A stretch of 55,840 bases of DNA, taken from IMG/VR virus record IMGVR_UViG_3300006868_000023, positions 1 to 55,840 of that record. The stretch is one strand, 5' to 3'. Below the pieces are notes generated by a model. It saw nothing but the letters and a program-made list of their open reading frames with translations, did not search any database and was not told the DNA's origin. Every line of letters starts with the position of its first letter. Positions within the stretch are counted from its first letter, which is position 1. Shown piece by piece: positions 10,052 through 19,390 of the stretch. A program made the translations under genes and the position numbers. Source of the stretch: a virus (lineage: Duplodnaviria; Caudoviricetes).

Positions 10052-10769
10052 ATTCACATTACAAAAAACAACACCACTGAAGTTTATACTATTAGACGAT
10101 TTAACAAAAACATTTGAAATAAATGAATACAATTTTTCATTCACAATGTATACAGGTGTGAACAACATGGACGATGAAAGTGTATTGTTTGCACAAAAGC
10201 AACAAAACGTTAGTTTTGCAAAAGCATTAACATTATTAGAAGGCGTTCTTAACAAAAGTGTTATTTACGTAATGAAGGATAATAAATTAGATGTTGATAA
10301 AATATTCAAAGGCATAGAAAACAATTTTATAGCATTACCAGATACATCAGAGCAAACATTGTGTGCAATGTTACACTGTAAACTAAACACAATTACTGGT
10401 ACTGATACTGTAATTGAAACGGTCAAATTAGAAGACATCAATGAGAACATGATGTATGAGTATAATCATGATAACAAAGAGGCATACATGGAGTTGCCGG
10501 CTATCAATGAATGGGTAACAGATAAAAGTTACTGGCAAGTTCCTTGGTGGTTTAGAAATGACATTAGTACTGCTGACAAAATTGCAGAAACTGATGAGGA
10601 ATACAAAGAGTGGCAAGAAAAATTTGATGAGGTTGAAAAACGTAACACTGAAACATTCAGAGAGATAGAAATAGAAATTTTAGAGGCTTGGCAAAAAGTA
10701 TCCAAGTCAGAACCAGGTGAATTAATCAAAGTTGATTTTAGCAAGAAAAAACCTGAAAAAAATGTTTGA
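10041..10769 (+). CDS. Hypothetical phage protein
   Basis: About 242 aa; contains a PWWFR motif. Confidence 0.65.
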   Translation: MENRFTLQKTTPLKFILLDDLTKTFEINEYNFSFTMYTGVNNMDDESVLFAQKQQNVSFAKALTLLEGVLNKSVIYVMKDNKLDVDKIFKGIENNFIALPDTSEQTLCAMLHCKLNTITGTDTVIETVKLEDINENMMYEYNHDNKEAYMELPAINEWVTDKSYWQVPWWFRNDISTADKIAETDEEYKEWQEKFDEVEKRNTETFREIEIEILEAWQKVSKSEPGELIKVDFSKKKPEKNV

Positions 10770-10794
10770 CAAAAATAAATTTTTAAGTTAAAAT
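10766..10794 (+). promoter_or_regulatory. sigma70-like promoter
   Basis: TTGACA-N17-TAAAAT; ATG 6 nt downstream. Confidence 0.65.
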
Positions 10795-10800
10795 AACATT

Positions 10801-11271
10801 ATGCATATTCTAAATGAAGAACAAGTAGGTATTGAATTATTGTATAGAAGTAAATCTATACAAGAAGTTCCTTTTTTAGAAGATGTTGTAAATAATTATA
10901 ACAGTATCTGCGAAGAACTTAACATCATGCCAATTAGCAAAGATGGCAATTGGAGTAAAGAGTTTAACATTCCTAGTTACTATAAAGAGTTAGACATAGA
11001 ACAACATATAAAGAACTTGATTCCAGAGTCAGGACAAGACTTAAAAATCATAACCGCCAGAGTAGATATGGAATTAGGTGAATTTAAGGCCAGGAACCTA
11101 TATCCTGTACTGCAACTTTTGATATATATTATAGACACAATGCGTAAGAACAACCTTGTTTGGGGTGTTGGCAGAGGCAGTAGTGTTGCAAGTTATGTGC
11201 TGTTTTTACTAGGTATACATAAAGTAGACAGTATAAAATATAACTTAGATTTAAGAGAGTTTTTGAAATAA
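10801..11271 (+). CDS. Truncated DNA polymerase III alpha (DnaE)-like protein
   Basis: ARVDMEL...WGVGRGSSVASYVLFLLGIHKVDSIKYNLDLREFLK matches the DnaE GRGS region and ends at the ERFL-equivalent. Confidence 0.8.
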   Translation: MHILNEEQVGIELLYRSKSIQEVPFLEDVVNNYNSICEELNIMPISKDGNWSKEFNIPSYYKELDIEQHIKNLIPESGQDLKIITARVDMELGEFKARNLYPVLQLLIYIIDTMRKNNLVWGVGRGSSVASYVLFLLGIHKVDSIKYNLDLREFLK

Positions 11272-11795
11272 TGGTAACAAGAAAAACTAACAGAGGTGCA
11301 CCAATTGACTTTGATGCACTTATGGCACAACAAAACCCAAGTAGCCGAGCATTAGGTAACATGGGTGTGAATGCCAAAGGTGATAAGTTAGGCGACAGAA
11401 ATCAGATAGTTCAATCTGCTGAAGATAGAGTGCGTTCAACTTATGCTAAAACAGAAACTGTTAGTAGTGACAAAGTCAGTCTAAAGGGAGAGTCTAAAAA
11501 ACTATCACCTGATACTGATCCAGCAATGAATGATGTTAAAACTGCAAAAACAGCATCAGAAAATGTTCGTACTTCTACTGAGCCATCTGTTACAGAAACA
11601 GTTCAAGAAGTATTCAACGATGCCAGTGCAGGTTTTGACAACAAAGATGAACATGACACAGAATCATTTGATGAACCAACTCCACCTGAAGGCGAGGACT
11701 TCGACGAGCAACAACCTCTGGGTTATAAGGAAGTAGAATTACCTAACGGTGACATAGAAATGGTTCCTTACTACCGAGAGGAAGACGCACCTTGA
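11271..11795 (+). CDS. Hypothetical phage protein
   Basis: ALGNMGVNAKGD motif, disordered acidic tail; coupled start (TAATG). Confidence 0.7.
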   Translation: MVTRKTNRGAPIDFDALMAQQNPSSRALGNMGVNAKGDKLGDRNQIVQSAEDRVRSTYAKTETVSSDKVSLKGESKKLSPDTDPAMNDVKTAKTASENVRTSTEPSVTETVQEVFNDASAGFDNKDEHDTESFDEPTPPEGEDFDEQQPLGYKEVELPNGDIEMVPYYREEDAP

Positions 11796-12166
11796 GCAAA
11801 CAACTAGACTTAGAATTTGAAAACCCTATCACTATTACCGATTATGAAGATACCTTCACAATCAGTACACCTATCGATATGTGCGACAGCGAATATTATT
11901 CGTACAGCACCGGAGACAATATCACAGTTACAACCACTAATGATTCATTTGACCCATTAGGATTTTCTTACAAGGACATTAATATCAATACCGACAACTT
12001 ATTTGAAGACTTGCCAGTTAAAATAGGCAAGTATGAGTTGACCGAAAAAACTATTGAAAAAGTTCTTGCAGTGCTAGATATATTTGAGAATGATGAAGAT
12101 CTTAAAGATGTTCTCAAATCACAAATGGCACTTAACAGGATAAAGAATGAAAATAAGAGCAATTAA
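11792..12166 (+). CDS. Hypothetical protein
   Basis: TTG start overlapping the upstream stop; 124 aa. Confidence 0.6.
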   Translation: MSKQLDLEFENPITITDYEDTFTISTPIDMCDSEYYSYSTGDNITVTTTNDSFDPLGFSYKDININTDNLFEDLPVKIGKYELTEKTIEKVLAVLDIFENDEDLKDVLKSQMALNRIKNENKSN

Positions 12167-12515
12167 CGATAACATACTTTGTGTTGACGGCGACTTTGGT
12201 GAGCAAGTTACCCAGGGTGGAATCATTATTCAAAACACTAGTGGCAAAGAGGAAGGTATTGTTCCTAGATGGTTCAAAGTATTTGAAGTAGGTCCAGACA
12301 TAGATTGGATAACACCAGGACAATGGGTGTATGTTGAATATGGACGTTGGACTGAGGCAATGAAGTTGAAAGACGACAGATTTGAAAGTGATGACAACCA
12401 AGCAGAAGTATGGAAAGTAGACCCAAAAGGCTGTTTAGCAGTATCTGATGATAAACCTAATACATTAAATGTTGCCGAAGTAGTTGGTGATGTTTACCGC
12501 AAACAGAGAGATTAA
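12147..12515 (+). CDS. Divergent GroES-like co-chaperonin
   Basis: MKIRAINDNIL...TQGGIII...KVFEVGP...GQWVYVEYGRWT: Cpn10-like pattern with extensions. Confidence 0.7.
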   Translation: MKIRAINDNILCVDGDFGEQVTQGGIIIQNTSGKEEGIVPRWFKVFEVGPDIDWITPGQWVYVEYGRWTEAMKLKDDRFESDDNQAEVWKVDPKGCLAVSDDKPNTLNVAEVVGDVYRKQRD

Positions 12516-12679
12516 TGAGGATACCAACAGAAAATAGAATTGGTTTAAGTTCAACTGGTGTAACTGGCAATTTAATTATAGCAGGAGTCATATTTGGATT
12601 TATAAGTCCATGGTGGCTAATACTAGGTGGAGTATTAGTACTCAGTGCAGTAGGCATTGAGGTAGGAAAGAATAGATAA
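12515..12679 (+). CDS. Small membrane protein, 54 aa (not in ORF track)
   Basis: MRIPTENRIGLSSTGVTGNLIIAGVIFGFISPWWLILGGVLVLSAVGIEVGKNR; TAATG coupling at both ends. Confidence 0.65.
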   Translation: MRIPTENRIGLSSTGVTGNLIIAGVIFGFISPWWLILGGVLVLSAVGIEVGKNR

Positions 12680-12918
12680 TGCCATATATTGAAAAAACAG
12701 GTGTTGGCAAAATTAAAGAACAACTGTGGCAATGGGATGGTGTAATGCACGATCCAAACATTGACGGTTTCAATGGTTGGGGTTGTAAACAAAAAATTTA
12801 CGAAGTGCTATTTCAGTGTCAAGAATACATTGAAAAGGCTCCTACATATCATGGCGAAGAAGAATGGTTACAAGAAAAGAAGGATGAAAAAGCCTTCAAA
12901 AAATTAGGGGGAGGATAA
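12679..12918 (+). CDS. Hypothetical phage protein
   Basis: 79 aa; DPNIDGFNGWGCKQ...PTYHGEEEW. Confidence 0.65.
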   Translation: MPYIEKTGVGKIKEQLWQWDGVMHDPNIDGFNGWGCKQKIYEVLFQCQEYIEKAPTYHGEEEWLQEKKDEKAFKKLGGG

Positions 12919-13301
12919 TGAATAAATTAGCGATAGGGATAGTTTCTATATTATTAATTACAGGATGTTCTAGCATAGGCAAATGGATACCCAGTGATTT
13001 TGATAATGTTGAATTTGGTAAGTTAGCAGAACTGCATGTATTAGCATCAGAACCACTAGATGGTGTAAACTGGTGTGGTCGTGCAGACATTGGCATGATG
13101 CATCATCATGCTAGAATTTTATCAGTATACAGCGAACACAGATTGAACGACAACATCACAAACATTTACACAGCAATACAAGACTTAACACAAGAACTCA
13201 AAGACAGAAAAGATCCTAGCGAAGGATATTGTAAAATCAAAAGACAGGGTATTGCAAACATTTCAGAACAAGCCTTGGCAACATTTGGAGATAGAAAATG
13301 A
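12918..13301 (+). CDS. Lipoprotein
   Basis: Signal peptide with ITGC lipobox; GGAGG SD. Confidence 0.7.
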   Translation: MNKLAIGIVSILLITGCSSIGKWIPSDFDNVEFGKLAELHVLASEPLDGVNWCGRADIGMMHHHARILSVYSEHRLNDNITNIYTAIQDLTQELKDRKDPSEGYCKIKRQGIANISEQALATFGDRK

Positions 13302-13513
13302 ATGTAGAACAATGGCAAACCAGCAAAGAAAAAGAAGTCAGAGAACTAAAGAACTTGTGGGAAAGTGGTGGTATATCTGAAAGCGAGTACAAAGAACTTG
13401 TGGAAGATATCATAGACATTGCTAAAATACAAGAAGACTTAAACACAGAAGATCTCAAAAACAAAGCAGTTAAAGCAATTGACGCAATCAAGGTAGTGGC
13501 AGGCTTATTATAA
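13298..13513 (+). CDS. Hypothetical protein (SHOCT-like)
   Basis: ELKNLWESGGISESEYKEL. Confidence 0.6.
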   Translation: MNVEQWQTSKEKEVRELKNLWESGGISESEYKELVEDIIDIAKIQEDLNTEDLKNKAVKAIDAIKVVAGLL

Positions 13514-14335
13514 ATGAACTTGAAACTAGGCATCATTGGTGCCGGCTTTGTAGGCGGTTCGGTAATAGAAGGATTTGATACTGACACCGTAGACCAGTTT
13601 GTGGTGGATCCACTATATAACGACAACACAATTGATGACCTTGTCAAATATGATCCGCCACTCCTTTTTGTTTGTGTACCTACGCCAGAAGCAGTAGGTG
13701 ACAGTGGTGATGTAGATGTTAGCATTGCTAGACAAACACTAAGCGATCTTGCTGACAGATGCTATAAAGGTATTGTGGTAATCAAAAGCACAATAACACC
13801 TAAGCATTTGATAAAAATGAAAAAGGATTTCAAACTGAATCTAGTTTACAATCCTGAATTTCTCACAGAAGCAAACGCACATCAAGACTTTATAAATCCT
13901 AACATGCAGGTATTAGGTGGCAGTTGGAAACACTGTGATAAAGTAGAGAAAGCATACGCAAGACACAGCAAAGTAAAAACAGTACCTACATTCAAAGTAG
14001 ATTTAATCACTGCTAGTTTAATCAAATACACAATTAACAGTTGGTTAGCAACCAAAGTTATTTTCATGAATGATCTACATAGTTTATTTCAACAAAGTGG
14101 ATCAAATTCAAGTTGGGAACAATTCACAGAAATATTACAAACTGATCCACGTATGGGAGACACTCACATGAATGTGCCAGGTCCAGATGGTAAGTTTGGT
14201 TTTGGTGGGCATTGTTTCCCCAAGGATACCAAAGCATTTCTGCACTATGCTAATAAATTACAAGCAGATTTAGGAGTGCTAAAAACTGCTGTAAAATTAA
14301 ATGACAAAGTGTACAGAAATGAAAACAGCAATTAG
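13514..14335 (+). CDS. UDP-glucose/GDP-mannose dehydrogenase family protein (lacks C-terminal domain)
   Basis: GIIGAGFVG, VCVPTP, IKST, NPEFL, KYTIN, catalytic GFGGHCFPKD. Confidence 0.9.
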   Translation: MNLKLGIIGAGFVGGSVIEGFDTDTVDQFVVDPLYNDNTIDDLVKYDPPLLFVCVPTPEAVGDSGDVDVSIARQTLSDLADRCYKGIVVIKSTITPKHLIKMKKDFKLNLVYNPEFLTEANAHQDFINPNMQVLGGSWKHCDKVEKAYARHSKVKTVPTFKVDLITASLIKYTINSWLATKVIFMNDLHSLFQQSGSNSSWEQFTEILQTDPRMGDTHMNVPGPDGKFGFGGHCFPKDTKAFLHYANKLQADLGVLKTAVKLNDKVYRNENSN

Positions 14336-15422
14336 AGTCAATGCTGGTAACATATACCATCTAAAACAAGAACCACCTTGGTGGTCTGCAATAAGTCATC
14401 TTGTTGAAAATAAATTCTGTTTATTATGCTATGGTGGCAAAGACCTGCTTAGTTGCAATTGGCAAAAGCACAACACAGATAATTTAGATATTGCTATTGT
14501 ACAATACAGTGAAGCATTCGAAGATGTAATGGATGCTATAGATAAATTAGAACTAAAAAACGTTACACTAATCACTAATAACATAGGTCTACAAAGCACA
14601 CAGAACGTCTCTAAGCACACTTATTTGTGGTTTGAACACATGCATACCTATCACAAAAAGAACTTTAATAAAACACGTTTTAATGAATATAAAGAAAGAT
14701 CTAAAAAGTTTATATCACTGAATGGCAGGCGTAATGTAACAAGACTGTTTATGATATTCTCAATGAAATATATGAACTTACTGCAACATGGTTATGTTAG
14801 TTTATTGCCAGTATCGTGGAAACCCACAAGTATAAACACATGGAGAACAGCATGTTTGGAAGTAGCAAAATTTTCAAACGATCCAAATATTATACCAGAT
14901 GATACAAAATTTTTAGATAATCTAGTGGTAGATAGAAACATGGAAGGGCAAGATTCTGCATCAAACATTATGTCCAATGTGTGGCTTAAAGATTGTAATG
15001 TATCTGATGTACTAGATGGTCCATGTCATTTTACTTTACAGCCTATGATTAATCAATCCTTCTTTACTGTGATCAACGAAACATTTACATGCAATGGTGA
15101 TCCAATGTTCTTTACTGAGAAGACATTTAAGCCTATGCAATATGGACACCCTTTTGTTTTATGTGGTGTGCCAGGTGCATTAGCAAAATTACGTGAGTTA
15201 GGATACAAAACGTTTCATCCCTACATTGATGAAAGTTATGATTTAGAGGTTGACGATTTAACAAGATATGTTAAAATACTAGAGCAGATTAAAATACTAT
15301 GCGAATTAGACAACCAACAACTTAAAACCTTTTTAAGTAACGTTCGACCCATCGCAGAGCATAACTATATGACACTAAGAGATAAAACAAACTGGATTTA
15401 TAATGAAAGAACTTTGGACTGA
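14319..15422 (+). CDS. Putative glycosyltransferase-like phage protein
   Basis: FISLNGR...VINET...FFTEKTFKP...PFVL.G..GYKTF...DESYD; function inferred. Confidence 0.45.
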   Translation: MKTAIRVNAGNIYHLKQEPPWWSAISHLVENKFCLLCYGGKDLLSCNWQKHNTDNLDIAIVQYSEAFEDVMDAIDKLELKNVTLITNNIGLQSTQNVSKHTYLWFEHMHTYHKKNFNKTRFNEYKERSKKFISLNGRRNVTRLFMIFSMKYMNLLQHGYVSLLPVSWKPTSINTWRTACLEVAKFSNDPNIIPDDTKFLDNLVVDRNMEGQDSASNIMSNVWLKDCNVSDVLDGPCHFTLQPMINQSFFTVINETFTCNGDPMFFTEKTFKPMQYGHPFVLCGVPGALAKLRELGYKTFHPYIDESYDLEVDDLTRYVKILEQIKILCELDNQQLKTFLSNVRPIAEHNYMTLRDKTNWIYNERTLD

Positions 15423-16326
15423 AAAATATCGACCAAGCACAATTGACACGTATGTATTCCGTGATGATAACCAACGTAGGCAAGTTGCTGGTTGGGTGTC
15501 TGATGGAGCATTGCCTCACTTGCTGTTTAGCGGAGCACCAGGCACAGGTAAAACTACATTAGCAAAAGTATTGCTTAAAGAATTAGATGTAGCAGACATG
15601 GACATATTGGAAATTAATGCCAGTAACGAAAACAATGTCGATACAATCCGCAACAAGATTACAAACTTTAGTAGCACTATGCCGTTTGGTGATTTGAAAT
15701 ATGTGTTGCTAGATGAAGCAGATTACATTACTCCAAATGGACAAGCGGCATTGCGTGGTGTAATGGAAATGTATCACACCAGTTGTAGATTTATACTAAC
15801 ATGCAACTATCCACAACGTATTATTCCTGCACTACACAGTAGATGTCAAGGCTTCCACATTGAGAAACTTGATGTAAATGAGTTCACTGCTAGGATAGCA
15901 CAGATTTGTATTGGTGAAGGTGTTGATGTTGACTTAGACACATTGGATACTTATGTACAAGCAACATACCCTGACTTGCGTAAAAGCATTAATCTTGTGC
16001 AACAGAATGTTGTTGATGGTGTATTACAGAAGCCTCAAGAAGGCGACCAAAGTTCTAGTGAATGGATGTTGCAAGTAGTAGAAATGTTCAAAGCAGGACA
16101 GTACAAACCAGCACGTGAATTGATTGTTAGTCAAGCAAGACCCGAAGAGTATGATGATGTATACAAATTCATGTATCGTAATTTAGAACTTTGGGGTACC
16201 ACAGAGCAACAACAAGACCAAGCAGTTGTAATTATCAGAGATGGCATGGTCAAGAGTGTATCATGTGCTGATCCAGAAATAAATCTCAGTGCAACACTTA
16301 TTGAACTACACTTGAATAGTATGTAG
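15403..16326 (+). CDS. Clamp loader AAA+ subunit (RFC small subunit / gp44-like)
   Basis: LWTEKYRP, Walker A GAPGTGKT, EINAS, LDEAD, FILTCN, SRC. Confidence 0.93.
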   Translation: MKELWTEKYRPSTIDTYVFRDDNQRRQVAGWVSDGALPHLLFSGAPGTGKTTLAKVLLKELDVADMDILEINASNENNVDTIRNKITNFSSTMPFGDLKYVLLDEADYITPNGQAALRGVMEMYHTSCRFILTCNYPQRIIPALHSRCQGFHIEKLDVNEFTARIAQICIGEGVDVDLDTLDTYVQATYPDLRKSINLVQQNVVDGVLQKPQEGDQSSSEWMLQVVEMFKAGQYKPARELIVSQARPEEYDDVYKFMYRNLELWGTTEQQQDQAVVIIRDGMVKSVSCADPEINLSATLIELHLNSM

Positions 16327-16355
16327 GCGATAAATACTGTTACACAGGAGATTAC

Positions 16356-16664
16356 ATGGCCCCAGAGCAAAAAATAATCGAAGATCAAGAAGTTGTTATC
16401 AAGAAATTACCTTGGTATAAACGTCTATGGCAATGGTGGCTCAGTTTATTCAAAGAAGAATATGAACTTATTGTTTGGTTTCATTCAGAAACTATTGAGC
16501 ATCAAGACGGACTCAAAACAATCAGACGCAGTCAAAAGACATTTATGTTAAAAGATGTCTCAAAGAAAACATCTACACATATTGTTGGTAAGGACATTTT
16601 TAATAAGCCATTTGAAATTAAAACTGTTGAACCTTTTGATTATCAATTACGCAAATTAATGTAA
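16356..16664 (+). CDS. Hypothetical protein
   Basis: TAAATA at 16331-16336, AGGAG SD. Confidence 0.65.
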   Translation: MAPEQKIIEDQEVVIKKLPWYKRLWQWWLSLFKEEYELIVWFHSETIEHQDGLKTIRRSQKTFMLKDVSKKTSTHIVGKDIFNKPFEIKTVEPFDYQLRKLM

Positions 16665-18091
16665 TGAGGCCTAGCATAGACGGTGCATTTATACTTGAGT
16701 GTACTAACACTAACATTAGAGACGAATACAGAGCTCACACAATACGTCCACTTGCACCTTTTGCACTACATGAAGTATTTCATAAACGCAGTATACCTAG
16801 CACTGTAATTAATTACACAGACTTCTGGCATCCTGTTACCCTCATAGAAATGTTTGAAAAATGGGTTACACGAATGAGTGTAAAAAATCCTGTGATTGTT
16901 TGCAGTACACTGTTTAACAATTACATGCTGAGCGGTGATAACACAGTGACAGCATTTATAAAACATGTGAAAAAAGAACACAACATCAAACTCATTATTG
17001 GTGGACCAATTAATTTAATAGATTACAGTTTAGACAGTGTAATACCTGATGCTGTTTTTCAAGGTAGAAGTTTACATTTATTTGAACGTTGGCTGGATGG
17101 TGCAGAGCCTTTACCAGACACATTGACTACTATTAATGGCGTACAAAAATATCACAGTCAATCAAATGAAGTCACTGAAGACCCAATAATACCTGAATTA
17201 TATGATGACTTTTGCTTGTCTAAAAATGATATCATTAACTTTGAAACTAGGTTAGGATGTAAATTCAACTGCACCTTTTGTAACTTTGAATTTAGAAATG
17301 CTAAGAAAGTTAATGATGCCAGTGTTGCTAAATTAGAAAGATTTTTTAGAATTGCAAATGTACGATACGGTATAGATGTGTTTAGTTGTGTTGATGACAC
17401 ATTCAATGAAGACGATACCAAAATACAAACATTGCACACTGCCACAGGCATGTTAGATTACAAGCCTTGCATTGTGGGTTACAATCGCTTTGATATCATG
17501 ATGGCTAAACCTTACCAAGCAGAACTGTTAGATGAGTGTGGCTTTCATGGACATTACTTTGGGATTGAAACCTTAAACAGAGAGGCAAGTAAACTGATAC
17601 GCAAAGGTATTAGAAAAGAAAAAGCATATAACTTTATGCGTTTTATTAGAGACACGTTTCCACATTGGCATACTTGTGCAGGATATATTATGGGAATACC
17701 TGGGGAACCATTGGAAGAAGCAATAGAAACCATGACACACATTGCTGATAATAAATTACTCAAAAGTATTATTCCCAACAGTTTAGGCTTGTATCGTATA
17801 CCTGGTAACGAGCATAACTACAGCGAAATGAGCAAAGACCCAGAAAAGTATGGCATTAAACTAGGACACGAAACAACAGGCAATGATGTGTTCTGGACAT
17901 CTGCAACAACTGATAAAAGAACTGCTGATGTTGCCGCATTGAGAGCGGCAAGTATTTTAGGTAAGAAAAAATGTAAACCACTAGACCCATGGGAGTGGGC
18001 AAGTAGTCTTACAACTGGGCACGGTGAATCGGCGCATAATCATATACGCCGATACATATCACGTAAAGTTGATTATATAACTTGGTTATAA
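16664..18091 (+). CDS. Radical SAM enzyme, paralogue of 5250..6716
   Basis: LGCKFNCTFC, IIGG, VDDTFNED, FGIETL, DPEKYG shared with the first copy. Confidence 0.85.
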   Translation: MRPSIDGAFILECTNTNIRDEYRAHTIRPLAPFALHEVFHKRSIPSTVINYTDFWHPVTLIEMFEKWVTRMSVKNPVIVCSTLFNNYMLSGDNTVTAFIKHVKKEHNIKLIIGGPINLIDYSLDSVIPDAVFQGRSLHLFERWLDGAEPLPDTLTTINGVQKYHSQSNEVTEDPIIPELYDDFCLSKNDIINFETRLGCKFNCTFCNFEFRNAKKVNDASVAKLERFFRIANVRYGIDVFSCVDDTFNEDDTKIQTLHTATGMLDYKPCIVGYNRFDIMMAKPYQAELLDECGFHGHYFGIETLNREASKLIRKGIRKEKAYNFMRFIRDTFPHWHTCAGYIMGIPGEPLEEAIETMTHIADNKLLKSIIPNSLGLYRIPGNEHNYSEMSKDPEKYGIKLGHETTGNDVFWTSATTDKRTADVAALRAASILGKKKCKPLDPWEWASSLTTGHGESAHNHIRRYISRKVDYITWL

Positions 18092-18825
18092 ATCTCTAGC
18101 ACTTCGTCTACTACAGGATGTCTTTCAATATCTGTATTAGCAAACTCTACTACTTTGATTCTATCCGAAGCAATTCGTTGAAGTCTCTCAATAAACAGTT
18201 TCAAACCATTGGATTCATAACCTCTATCATGCTGAGCTAAGTCTCCTGTTACAACCAACTTACTGCCCTCACCAATTCTAGTAAGTAACATTTTCATTTG
18301 ATTGTCAGTAGCATTCTGCATTTCATCAGCAATGATATATGAATTCTTGAATGTTCTACCTCTCATATAAGCAAGTGGAGATATTTCAACCTTGTTATCA
18401 CTTAACATGTATTCAATTTGATCTGGCGTGTAGTATTCTTCAAACAGATCAAACACTGGTCTCGTCCATGGCGCCATCTTCTCTTGAAGTGTGCCTGGTA
18501 AAAATCCATGTTGTTCATCTACACTGACCGCAGGGCGTGTAACTACGAACTTGTCGATATCACCTCCTTTGAGTCCTTTGATTCCTGCGAGTGTTGAGAT
18601 TAGTGTTTTACCAGTTCCTGCTGGACCTATTGCAAACACTATGTTGACTTTTGGATTTTCTAGCAAACCTAACAGTTTGTCTTGGTTAAAATTTCTCGGT
18701 ACAATGTTTACTGTACTCTGTCTATTACGTTGGACGCCTCCTTGTATTACTCTCAAATAAGATTCTCCTTGATGTTGTTGTTTACGGTATTTGTTACATT
18801 TCTGCTTTCTTGCTTTTCTTGACAT
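18073..18825 (-). CDS. phoH: PhoH family ATPase
   Basis: GPAGTGKT, TRPAV, GFLPG, PLAYMRGRTF, IADEMQN, TGDLAQHD, RHPVV; start uncertain (ATG 18825 or TTG near 18756). Confidence 0.93.
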   Translation of the reverse strand: MSRKARKQKCNKYRKQQHQGESYLRVIQGGVQRNRQSTVNIVPRNFNQDKLLGLLENPKVNIVFAIGPAGTGKTLISTLAGIKGLKGGDIDKFVVTRPAVSVDEQHGFLPGTLQEKMAPWTRPVFDLFEEYYTPDQIEYMLSDNKVEISPLAYMRGRTFKNSYIIADEMQNATDNQMKMLLTRIGEGSKLVVTGDLAQHDRGYESNGLKLFIERLQRIASDRIKVVEFANTDIERHPVVDEVLEIYNQVI

Positions 18826-19094
18826 TTGGGTACTCCCATATTTTTGCCACAAAAAAACGAGTAGAAGGCGTACCCTGTACTCGTGGCATTTTCTTGTGTC
18901 TTCCAACTTTTTAGATGGTTGATTATCATCATATACTATTATTTAGCCGGAGAAATTACACAAAAACACAGTAGTTTATCATATAACACCCATGTTAAGT
19001 AGCCAAAATAAGAACATTTCTTATCTACATATACTAAATAAAAGTGGTTAGTATTTTATTAACCGTTTTGTTTATCTATATTTAGGAGTAACAT

Positions 19095-19325
19095 ATGGAT
19101 AGTATATTAAAAATAGTAAACGACTTTGTCGGAGGCCTAAGTTCAATTTTTGTTGGACTATTAGGATTAGGAATTCTATCAGGATTATTATTCGGAGACG
19201 GATTCTTCCTCAGCAATGTTGTTTCAAACATCACAGCACTAGTTTCTAGTCTCGGTGATGCAGGATTAGTTGGACTAATTGTTGCCATTATCGTGCTACA
19301 TCTATTAGGAGTCAAATCTAAGTAG
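19095..19325 (+). CDS. Small membrane protein (2 TM)
   Basis: Hydrophobic; LGDAGLVGLI motif; AGGAG SD. Confidence 0.75.
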   Translation: MDSILKIVNDFVGGLSSIFVGLLGLGILSGLLFGDGFFLSNVVSNITALVSSLGDAGLVGLIVAIIVLHLLGVKSK

Positions 19326-19390
19326 ATTGAAACAGGGTTGGGGTGACCCTCATCACCCCCTACAACTATAATAACGTTAAAGGAGAAAGT

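Noticed and set aside
11271-11330. RGAPIDFD at the start of the next ORF as a frameshifted continuation of DnaE (PDFD)
   Set aside because: The resemblance is short, the rest of the ORF is disordered and unlike the DnaE palm, and it has its own coupled ATG; probably coincidence
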